Shown in pieces: positions 8,621 through 15,568 of a DNA stretch of 64,000 bases. The DNA is from a virus. The stretch is taken from the IMG/VR virus record IMGVR_UViG_3300005529_000002, positions 35,933-99,932 of that record; one strand, given 5' to 3'. The notes under the pieces are model-generated. The model searched no databases, was not told where the DNA came from, and worked only from the letters and a program-made list of their open reading frames with translations. The stretch's first letter is position 1; every line of letters begins with the position of its first letter. Both the position numbers and the translations under genes were made by a program.

Positions 8621-10048
8621 ATGCCCGGGATAGACGGCGCTAGCCTGCGCGAATGGCGCAGGTCACGAGGCTGGGATGAGCCGAGGCTGGCGAGGGAGGT
8701 CCGCGAGGCTGCCCGCAGGCGCGGCGAGAGCTGCGCTGTCCAGCACGGCCTCGTCAAGATGATCAAGGCGTGGGAGCGGGGCGACCACCGCATCTCCGAG
8801 CGGTACGAGCTGCTGCTTCACGGGCTCGGGTACGGTAGCCCCCCGGAGGGCCCGGCCAGACGCGCCGTGCTCGCGGGAGGCGCGGGAGGCGCGATGCTGG
8901 CATTCGCTGACACGCTGCTGTTCGGCGGACCCGATGACAGCGGCGCGCGGGTGGCGCGTGCCGTCCGGCATCCGGCAGGGATCGACCAGGAATCGGTGGA
9001 CTCGCTCGCGGGCGTCCTGGCCGCCCAGCGGCGCACCGAGGACTCGATAGGTGCCAGGGCCGTCACTGCGCCCGTGCTCGCCCAGCTCGCCGCCATCGAG
9101 GATCTCGTCAAGGACGCGCGCGGCCCGATGCGCCGGCCGCTGATCGGGGTCGCCCAGCAGTGGGCCCAGTTCAGCGCCTACCTGAAACGGGACGCGGGCG
9201 ACCGGGCCGGGGACGCGGCCCTGCTGTCCCGTGCGCTGGAATGGGCAACCGAGGCGGGCGACGTGACGATGATCGCGACCGCGCTGACCCAGCGCGCCGC
9301 GTTCGCCCTGGAAAGCGGGGAGCTGGGGACGGCCATCGGGCTGGCGCAGGCAGCCCGGAGCGACCGGAGGGCGGCCAGCGGGCAGCGGGCCTACGCCTGG
9401 GCCACCGAAGCGCGCGCCCACGCCATGGCAGGCGACGCAGGCGCGGCGGAGCGGGCCATCGGGCAGTCGCTGGAATGCGCCGGAGACCTCACGCCGCCCG
9501 GCTCGCGCAAACCATGGCTGTACTGGATGAGCCCGGAATATTTCCAGTGCGCCAGCGGCATCGCCCTGGTGCCCCTGGCCAGCGACCCGCGTCACCGCCG
9601 CCGGGCCGTCGCCGCACTGGAGGAAGGGCACGGGGCCCTTCCGGCGGACTACCGCGCTTCGGCGTGGACGGCAGTGAACCTTGCTCACCTCGCTGCCGTG
9701 CACGTCCGCGGCGGGGACCTGGACGCGGCAGCGGACGCGGCGATGCGCGGGGCAGCGATAGCGCGCGCCACGGCATCAGCGCGGCTGGCAGTGATGCTGG
9801 AGTGCGTCAGGCGCAGGATGGAGGCGGCGGTACCGGGCCATCCCCTCGCGGACGAGCTGGGCCGTGCGCTGGAAGCCGTGCCCCTGTTACGATCCTGCTT
9901 ACGCACACCGCGTCAAGACGCCCCCGCCGGTCCGCGACTGGCGGGGGCGTCTGCTGCCTCAGCCGCCGGCGGCGGGCACCTTCAGGCCGGCGGTCATAGC
10001 CGCGAGGCCCCTGCCTGCCCGCCCCCGCCACATTCAGGTAACGGATAG
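8621..10048 (+). CDS. XRE-HTH plus helical/TPR-like transcriptional regulator (actinomycete type)
   Basis: N-terminal LREWRRSRGW..LAREV...IKAWERG; RRAVL motif; ARAHAMAGD and PWLYW segments; last ~55 aa look like read-through. Confidence 0.8.
   Translation: MPGIDGASLREWRRSRGWDEPRLAREVREAARRRGESCAVQHGLVKMIKAWERGDHRISERYELLLHGLGYGSPPEGPARRAVLAGGAGGAMLAFADTLLFGGPDDSGARVARAVRHPAGIDQESVDSLAGVLAAQRRTEDSIGARAVTAPVLAQLAAIEDLVKDARGPMRRPLIGVAQQWAQFSAYLKRDAGDRAGDAALLSRALEWATEAGDVTMIATALTQRAAFALESGELGTAIGLAQAARSDRRAASGQRAYAWATEARAHAMAGDAGAAERAIGQSLECAGDLTPPGSRKPWLYWMSPEYFQCASGIALVPLASDPRHRRRAVAALEEGHGALPADYRASAWTAVNLAHLAAVHVRGGDLDAAADAAMRGAAIARATASARLAVMLECVRRRMEAAVPGHPLADELGRALEAVPLLRSCLRTPRQDAPAGPRLAGASAASAAGGGHLQAGGHSREAPACPPPPHSGNG
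9916..9952. terminator. 17-bp hairpin
   Basis: AGACGCCCCCGCCGGTC-cgc-GACTGGCGGGGGCGTCT (one G-U pair). Confidence 0.55.
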
Positions 10049-10128
10049 TGCGCGCCGGTATCACCGCCGCGTCCCGCCGCGTCTGGTTATGCGTATCCGC
10101 GCATAACTACGCCAGAGGGAGAACGGGA

Positions 10129-10485
10129 ATGCCGACGTGGAAGGTACCGGCCGTGATCGCCGTATGCGCGGGACTGGCCGGGTGCGCCAGCCTCGCCGGC
10201 TCCAGCACGCCCGCGAGCCAGGTGAGCGCCAGCGCGAGCGCCCCGCCGTGCACCACGGCGGCCTGCGTGATCACCGAGATACAGGACACCCTGGTGGGCA
10301 CGGCAGCAAAGGACGGGGCGGCGTTCACCAAGTTCACCTGCTCTCCCTCCTCGCTCAAGGTTTCAGCCGGCCCCACCTACACGGTGAAGTGCACGGCCTA
10401 CTACTCGGACGGCATGACCGCGAGAGGCACCGGGAACTGGCTGCTGAAGACCGGCGACGTGACGTTCGTCCCGTCGGGCGCCTAG
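10129..10485 (+). CDS. Lipoprotein
   Basis: Signal peptide with LAGC lipobox; GAGGGAG RBS. Confidence 0.8.
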   Translation: MPTWKVPAVIAVCAGLAGCASLAGSSTPASQVSASASAPPCTTAACVITEIQDTLVGTAAKDGAAFTKFTCSPSSLKVSAGPTYTVKCTAYYSDGMTARGTGNWLLKTGDVTFVPSGA

Positions 10486-10525
10486 CCGGCCCGGCACAGC
10501 CCGCCGTCCGGTATATGTACCTTCC

Positions 10526-10834
10526 GTGACCCGGCGTGCAATCGTCCTGCTGATCGCGGTGCTCGGCATCTGGCACCTGGCCTCCTCGCCGCGCCGCCCG
10601 CCGGAGCCTCCCGCCGCCGGGGTCACCGCAGAGGAGGACCCGCCGGCCGGGGCGGGCATCCTCAGGCTGGCTGCCGTGCCGGCCTGCTACATCGCGCTCC
10701 TCGCCGCAGCAGTCGCCGGCTGGAAACTGCTGCGCATCCCTGATCACGGGTCAGAGACACTCTGGTTCTGCGCCGGTTTCCTGGCACTGTCCGGGTACGC
10801 GACGGTGAAGGTCACGTCCTGGAGTGCCGGGTGA
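10526..10834 (+). CDS. Small membrane protein
   Basis: Three hydrophobic segments. Confidence 0.6.
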   Translation: MTRRAIVLLIAVLGIWHLASSPRRPPEPPAAGVTAEEDPPAGAGILRLAAVPACYIALLAAAVAGWKLLRIPDHGSETLWFCAGFLALSGYATVKVTSWSAG

Positions 10835-10921
10835 GCCCCGGTTATGCGCTCCTGCCGCTCTCGCGCTCGCCGTCACCTGCGGGAGGTCCCAGGACCCGGG
10901 GGGTTCCGGAGTCCCGGGGAC

Positions 10922-11176
10922 TCAGGGGCGCGGGGGTTCGGCTTGGCCTGCTACGACTTCGGCGAGGTAGTTCGGCGTGTACCGATCGGGCCGCGTCCAT
11001 CCGCTGACCTCGACGCCGAAGTCCTCGGCCATGGTGCCGGCTGCTGCCTTCTGCGCGCCGGCCACGTCGTCTGCGGCGACGGCCGGGTAGGAGCACACCA
11101 GGTCGGTCCCGGCGCGGAGGACCCACGCCTCAGCGTCCGCCGGGTCCTCCCAGCAGAGCCAGTATTCGGTGATCAT
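10922..11176 (-). CDS. Hypothetical protein
   Basis: CAGGAG RBS; acidic globular composition. Confidence 0.7.
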   Translation of the reverse strand: MITEYWLCWEDPADAEAWVLRAGTDLVCSYPAVAADDVAGAQKAAAGTMAEDFGVEVSGWTRPDRYTPNYLAEVVAGQAEPPRP

Positions 11177-11179
11177 GAC

Positions 11180-11497
11180 TTATCTCCTGTGCTCTGCACG
11201 GTCTGGATCCGGTCCGCCTGCTCGCGGTAGGCGGCGAGCGCCTCGTCGAGTAGTAACTACCGCAAGTCTCAGCCGCGAAGTAAGGCCACTGTCACCCCGG
11301 AGTAAGTGAGCTGTAGCCGAAATGGGCCAATCATCGCGGAACCGTGAATCCGTCACGCCAGCCCCGAGCCCCGCCAGCCACGCACCCCATCCGCGTCCCC
11401 AGCCTGCCGCCATGCCTGCCCAGGCCAGGACTGCCCCGGCCGGGACGCAGGCGGCCCCGCCGATGATGACCGCATTCAGGTGGAAGGTGATGCTCAC
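11180..11497 (-). CDS. Membrane protein, possibly disrupted in its 3' half
   Basis: TAGGCT-7 nt-GTG leaderless start; hydrophobic N-half followed by an atypical lower-GC stretch. Confidence 0.4.
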   Translation of the reverse strand: MSITFHLNAVIIGGAACVPAGAVLAWAGMAAGWGRGWGAWLAGLGAGVTDSRFRDDWPISATAHLLRGDSGLTSRLRLAVVTTRRGARRLPRAGGPDPDRAEHRR

Positions 11498-11507
11498 GAC
11501 GGGGAGC

Positions 11508-11783
11508 CTAGTTCGAGATCCTGCACCGGGGGCAGGAATCCCCGCCCGGCGTGGCGGTCCACCCTGGCGGGAGCTGCGGCTCGCCGAAGTCCACCTCGGC
11601 CGCGTCCCCGCAGCCGTCGCAGCGGACAGCCGCCGCCGTGACCGCGCCGGGCTCGATCTCCGGCAGGCTCGCCTTGAGCTGGCGGAAGCGTTCTGCGGTG
11701 TCTGCTTCCCCGTCCGCTATCTCAGTGGTCAGGGTCGCGTCGCCGGTCGCCTTGTCGATCGTGAGACGCTGGATCTCCCTCAC
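11508..11783 (-). CDS. Zn-ribbon protein
   Basis: CDGCG...PPGW...DSCPRC; GTGA-coupled. Confidence 0.65.
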   Translation of the reverse strand: MREIQRLTIDKATGDATLTTEIADGEADTAERFRQLKASLPEIEPGAVTAAAVRCDGCGDAAEVDFGEPQLPPGWTATPGGDSCPRCRISN

Positions 11784-12202
11784 GGTTTCGAGCCCGGCTC
11801 TCCGCACAGCCGGGAGTCGTGAGCGCGCATCTGGACCCACTCCCACGTCTTGAGCGCTTCCTGCCGTAGCGTCTGCCCTGTGTCGTGGTTGTGATGGCCT
11901 TCGAGGCAGGCTACCGAGCCGAGCACGTTCCGCATCAGGCATTCCTTGTGGGCGTGCCGGATCGAGGACCCTTCGAGGGTGTGGCACGGCGTCGCCTGCC
12001 CGCTGTCGCCTGCCGCCTCGTCGAACAGCTCGTCGCAAAGCAGGCAGGACTCACCGGACGGGAACGGCTTGCGCATCTCCTCGATCAGCCGGCCGGCCTC
12101 GTCGTAGCAGACGTAAGACCACCAGGGTTTGCCGAACCATCCCCAGTTGGCGCGGCGGACCTCAATCGGCATGTCGTCAACTGGCGTCTTAGGCTCACTC
12201 AT
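11780..12202 (-). CDS. Hypothetical Cys/His protein
   Basis: CLLC...HKEC; ATGA-coupled. Confidence 0.75.
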   Translation of the reverse strand: MSEPKTPVDDMPIEVRRANWGWFGKPWWSYVCYDEAGRLIEEMRKPFPSGESCLLCDELFDEAAGDSGQATPCHTLEGSSIRHAHKECLMRNVLGSVACLEGHHNHDTGQTLRQEALKTWEWVQMRAHDSRLCGEPGSKP

Positions 12203-12372
12203 GCCGGCCATTCTCCGCGTCCCTCCGCCCATCGCCGGAAATTCTCCTCGATCGTGCCTTCCGCCGGGTCCCTCATCGACGCGAGCGCCCTGACGGCCTT
12301 CTCCGGTGTGGGGTCATCCTCGGACCAGCCGGGACGGGGGTCCCACCCGCCGTGCTCGATCACGTACCTCAT
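12199..12372 (-). CDS. Hypothetical protein (57 aa, not in the ORF track)
   Basis: MRYVIEHGGWDPRPGWSEDD...; ATGA overlaps at both ends. Confidence 0.65.
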   Translation of the reverse strand: MRYVIEHGGWDPRPGWSEDDPTPEKAVRALASMRDPAEGTIEENFRRWAEGRGEWPA

Positions 12373-12719
12373 GATGCGCCCCCGTTCTCGCGGGTCATCC
12401 TGCGTACCGCCTCGATGGCGTCATGCGCGCGCTGCACCGGTTCCTCCAGTTCAGCAGCCAGTTCCTCGGCGGTGAGCGTACTGCTCGCCGCCTCGTCCAT
12501 CAGGTCCCCGAACGGCATCCTGGTCCGGATGGCCTCCGGCCGAAGCCACGTGCCGCGTGCCGCCGCGGTGAGCCTGGCGATCTCAGCCTCGTCGGCGACA
12601 CCGTAGAGCGCGAGCATGGCCTGGACGTCGGTCACGCTGACCGTGTTCGTCCCGTTCTCGACCCGGACGAACTTCGACGACGACCAGTCCAGGCCTGCGG
12701 CTGCCTGCTTCTGGGTCAG
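12369..12719 (-). CDS. WhiJ/Scr1-like XRE HTH protein, CTG start or N-terminally truncated
   Basis: LTQKQAAAGLDWSSSKFVRVENG..VSVTDVQAMLALYGV; first codon is CTG in a CTGA overlap. Confidence 0.6.
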   Translation of the reverse strand: MTQKQAAAGLDWSSSKFVRVENGTNTVSVTDVQAMLALYGVADEAEIARLTAAARGTWLRPEAIRTRMPFGDLMDEAASSTLTAEELAAELEEPVQRAHDAIEAVRRMTRENGGAS

Positions 12720-12916
12720 CCCGGGACACGCCGGAAACCCGGCCGCCCGTTCTCCTCCCGCTCGATCCGCCGCCCCATCTCGACGAGCTGGTCCTCGCAG
12801 AACGCCCGTGCCGCCTGTACCTCCACGGCCTCGCGGAGCCGGGCGAGTTCGGCGAGGATGCCGGCGAGCTGCCCGGCCAGATTGTCCTCGGGCGGGCGCG
12901 TACGATCGCTTACCAC
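12716..12916 (-). CDS. Hypothetical protein
   Basis: GAGAGAGG RBS; coiled-coil-like. Confidence 0.6.
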   Translation of the reverse strand: MVSDRTRPPEDNLAGQLAGILAELARLREAVEVQAARAFCEDQLVEMGRRIEREENGRPGFRRVPG

Positions 12917-12996
12917 GGTTCCGGGCCTCTCTCTGCGGGGTCGGGTTCCCAGGCCGGCCGGGGTGTTCTCAGCACCTCGGCCGGCTGCTTTTCACG

Positions 12997-13116
12997 TCAG
13001 GTCCAGCGCTCCTCGCGCGCCATCTGCTCGGCTTCGGGATCAAGCTGGCCGGGGGACTCAGCGGTCACGCCCATGGCGATCAGCGCCTCGCGGAGTTCTG
13101 CGAGCGTCATCGTCAC
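12997..13116 (-). CDS. Small hypothetical protein (39 aa)
   Basis: GTGA-coupled. Confidence 0.5.
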   Translation of the reverse strand: MTMTLAELREALIAMGVTAESPGQLDPEAEQMAREERWT

Positions 13117-13481
13117 GCCGCCTTCCGCACCGCGTTGAGCACTCGCACGGCAGCCACGTGGTAGCACGGCCGCTCGTGCATCCCGGCGGGGCATGTGCAC
13201 ATGGCGCTGTGCACCAGGTAAGTCACGTCCCCGCTGCTGCTGCTCGCCCTGTAGACGCCGGGCCGGGAGGTGGGCACGAGGCCGCCGTCCGCGATCAGTT
13301 CCGCAGCCTTGCCGCGCTGAGCCAGGGTGAAGCCGGCGAACGCGGTCTCGATGGCGGCCTTGCGGATCCGCGCCAGGCAGCGCGGGCCGTAGCCTGCGGC
13401 TACCGAGGCCGGGGCGGTCAGCTTGCGCCCGCAGCCGGGCCGGAGGCACCTGGCGGTGCGGCATTCTGCGGTATTGCTCAT
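13113..13481 (-). CDS. DUF6011-like Zn finger plus SWIM Zn finger protein
   Basis: CLRPGCGRKLTAPASVAAGYGPRC and CTCPAG....CYH motifs. Confidence 0.8.
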   Translation of the reverse strand: MSNTAECRTARCLRPGCGRKLTAPASVAAGYGPRCLARIRKAAIETAFAGFTLAQRGKAAELIADGGLVPTSRPGVYRASSSSGDVTYLVHSAMCTCPAGMHERPCYHVAAVRVLNAVRKAA

Positions 13482-13487
13482 GAGTCC

Positions 13488-13516
13488 ACTGTAGGGCACA
13501 CTGTAGCCACAGTCAA
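13488..13516 (-). promoter_or_regulatory. Leaderless promoter with overlapping CACTGTAG direct repeats (candidate RHH operator)
   Basis: TTGACT, 17-bp spacer, TACAGT, 6 nt, ATG(13481); CACTGTAG at 13487 and 13499. Confidence 0.75.
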
Positions 13517-13560
13517 TCCACATGAGAGGATATGCCGTGAGCGACAGAAAGGCTTACGCC

Positions 13561-13767
13561 GTGCCCCAAGAAGGAACCCCGATCCGGCGCATCCGCATGG
13601 ATGACGACCTGTGGGAACGACTAGAGCAGGCAGCCAAGGCAGCCGACCCGGACTCGAACCGGACGGCCCTGCTGCGGAAGTTCGCGCGCTGGTACGTCGG
13701 CGACATCGACGACATGCCGCAGCGCCCAGCCGCCCCGAAGATCCGCGACGGCAAGACACGGGCATGA
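13561..13767 (+). CDS. Ribbon-helix-helix DNA-binding protein
   Basis: GTPIRRIRMDDDLWERL...RTALLRKFARWYVG; start could be 13537. Confidence 0.8.
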   Translation: MPQEGTPIRRIRMDDDLWERLEQAAKAADPDSNRTALLRKFARWYVGDIDDMPQRPAAPKIRDGKTRA

Positions 13768-13795
13768 CCCCGCTGGCCGGAGTTACGATGCCCTC

Positions 13796-14044
13796 ATGAC
13801 CGCCCAGCCCGAAGACGCCCACGAGATCATCCACCTAGGCGGCGAAGCAGCGGTGATCGTCCCGCTTGAGGAATACCGCACCCTGAAAGCACTCCGGGAC
13901 AACGCCACCCCGGACGCGATCGAGCTGGCCGAGATGGACGCCGCCATCGCAGAGCACCAGGCATGGGAGGCGGCCGGGGCACCTGGCGGCTACCTCACCC
14001 ACGAGGAAGTCATGGCCGAACTGCTGACTGAGCCTCAGCCGTGA
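13796..14044 (+). CDS. Antitoxin (Phd/YefM-like)
   Basis: AAVIVPLEEY...LTHEEVMAEL; acidic; GTGA-coupled to RelE-like gene; leaderless TACGAT. Confidence 0.8.
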   Translation: MTAQPEDAHEIIHLGGEAAVIVPLEEYRTLKALRDNATPDAIELAEMDAAIAEHQAWEAAGAPGGYLTHEEVMAELLTEPQP

Positions 14045-14271
14045 GAGTCCTGTGGCTCACCCGGGCAAAAGAGCAGGCCCGCGAGCACATGCACGACCAG
14101 GCCGCGCTCCGCGAGCTGAACGCCGCCGTCACCGCTTTAACACAGGACCCGGAACCGCCTGAGGCTTTCGTTCGCGGCGAGTACCGCAGGCTCCGCGCCG
14201 GAGACTGGCGCATCCTGTACGAGTTCCGGGGCGACCTGATTATCGTCGTCAGGGTAGACCGCGCCAGCTAA
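14041..14271 (+). CDS. relE: RelE/ParE-family toxin
   Basis: YRRLRAGDWRILYE....IIVVRV motif. Confidence 0.85.
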   Translation: MRVLWLTRAKEQAREHMHDQAALRELNAAVTALTQDPEPPEAFVRGEYRRLRAGDWRILYEFRGDLIIVVRVDRAS

Positions 14272-14383
14272 GCGGCCGGGCGGTCGGTTCCCGACTTCCG
14301 GACATCCCGGGACACGACTGGTCCTGACCCGGGGGTGTCCGTTTTGCCCGTTGGTCGGTTTCCGGCCTGCAATCGGTCCGCAG

Positions 14384-14581
14384 CTATTCGGGCCTGGGGT
14401 TCTCAGGCTCGCCGGGGCGGCGCGGAGGTTCGTTCGACTCTCCGGCCATCCACAGCAGCCATTGGGTGAATCGCTCCTCCATGGTGGAACCATCCCGGTG
14501 AACCGCTTCTTTGGCGCGCATGTAGAGGTCCCGGTCGGGCCGTAGCGGCGGCCGGAAAGTGCGCCTGTGTCGGTCTGCCAT
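14384..14581 (-). CDS. RHH-like regulator divergent from the transfer operon
   Basis: LRPDRDLYMRAKEAV...MEERFTQWLLWMAGE...PRRP pattern. Confidence 0.65.
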   Translation of the reverse strand: MADRHRRTFRPPLRPDRDLYMRAKEAVHRDGSTMEERFTQWLLWMAGESNEPPRRPGEPENPRPE

Positions 14582-14591
14582 GTTGCCGACA

Positions 14592-14637
14592 ATCATCGCA
14601 TGATCCGCTTGCATGATGGCCCCGGCTGCCGTACCGT
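14592..14637 (+). promoter_or_regulatory. Promoter/operator of the WhiB-TraB operon
   Basis: TTGCAT (14609), 17-bp spacer, TACCGT (14632); ATCATcgcATGAT palindrome and GCATGAT direct repeats overlap the -35. Confidence 0.6.
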
Positions 14638-14766
14638 GAATGTGGGCATCCCACACGGAAGCCGCGACCGTCCTGGTAACTCGACTACCAGGAACAAGGC
14701 GGGGCATGGCCAGCGACTCGACCGCGGCCATGCCCCTTGGCCCAGCCTGCTAAGGAGGCCGGACCC

Positions 14767-15066
14767 ATGGGTCATCATGCCATCACGCAGCTCTGGCTCA
14801 GCAGCCTCACCCGCCGCGCCGCTGCCTTCCTCGCCGCGGTCTTCAAAGGCCCGTGGTGCCTCGGATGCGACTGCTGCGGAACCACCCTGAAGAAGGGCCG
14901 CCGTACCCGCTGGTTCCTGACCCGTGAAGCAGCAGACCGCGCTGGTCTCGAAGCCGGCTGGCAGACCGCGGCGGGCAGGAGCGATTCCGAGATCTGCCCC
15001 GCCTGCCTGGAGCAGCGGGGCCAGGCGGTCACTTTCTCTCAGGACACCCCGGCCGGTGAGTCATGA
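14767..15066 (+). CDS. Zn-ribbon protein
   Basis: AAGGAGG RBS; CDCCG...GW...ICPAC. Confidence 0.7.
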   Translation: MGHHAITQLWLSSLTRRAAAFLAAVFKGPWCLGCDCCGTTLKKGRRTRWFLTREAADRAGLEAGWQTAAGRSDSEICPACLEQRGQAVTFSQDTPAGES

Positions 15067-15350
15067 GCCTCCCCGCCTGGAGCTGGGCAGACCGCGCCGC
15101 GTGCAAGGGCACCGACCCGGACGCGGCATTGTTCTTCGGGCTGGACGGCGAGCGCGGCCCCGAGCGGGATAAGCGCGAAGCAGCGGCCCGGACAGTCTGC
15201 GCGCCGTGCCCGGTGCGCATCGCCTGCCTGGACTACGCCATCGCCAACGCCGAGCGGTACGGCACGTGGGGCGGATTCAGCGAGGACGAGCGTGCCGCTG
15301 AGCGCCGCCGCCAGATGCGCCGCGCCGCCAGGAAGCAGGCAGCGGCATGA
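15063..15350 (+). CDS. whiB: WhiB-family Fe-S transcription factor
   Basis: W..RAAC..D..LFF...VCAPCPVRIACLDYA...YGTWGG.SEDER. Confidence 0.96.
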   Translation: MSLPAWSWADRAACKGTDPDAALFFGLDGERGPERDKREAAARTVCAPCPVRIACLDYAIANAERYGTWGGFSEDERAAERRRQMRRAARKQAAA

Positions 15351-15568
15351 TCCGCGTCCTGCTCGCCGCCATGCTGGCCGCAACCGGCCACGCAGGGGCA
15401 TCGGTACTCGTCGCCGTCCTCGTGATCGCGGCCCGGCTGGCCAGGGTCCTGCTGCCGGTGCTGCCCCAGCTGGCCGTCGCCGTTCCCGCAGTCGCGATCG
15501 TCCTGACCGGCCTCCTGGCGTTCCGGGCCGTCAAGGGATGGCCTCACCTCGCGGCGGTGGCCGGATGA
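15347..15568 (+). CDS. Small membrane protein (Spd-like)
   Basis: Hydrophobic 73 aa, coupled to whiB and traB. Confidence 0.7.
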   Translation: MIRVLLAAMLAATGHAGASVLVAVLVIAARLARVLLPVLPQLAVAVPAVAIVLTGLLAFRAVKGWPHLAAVAG

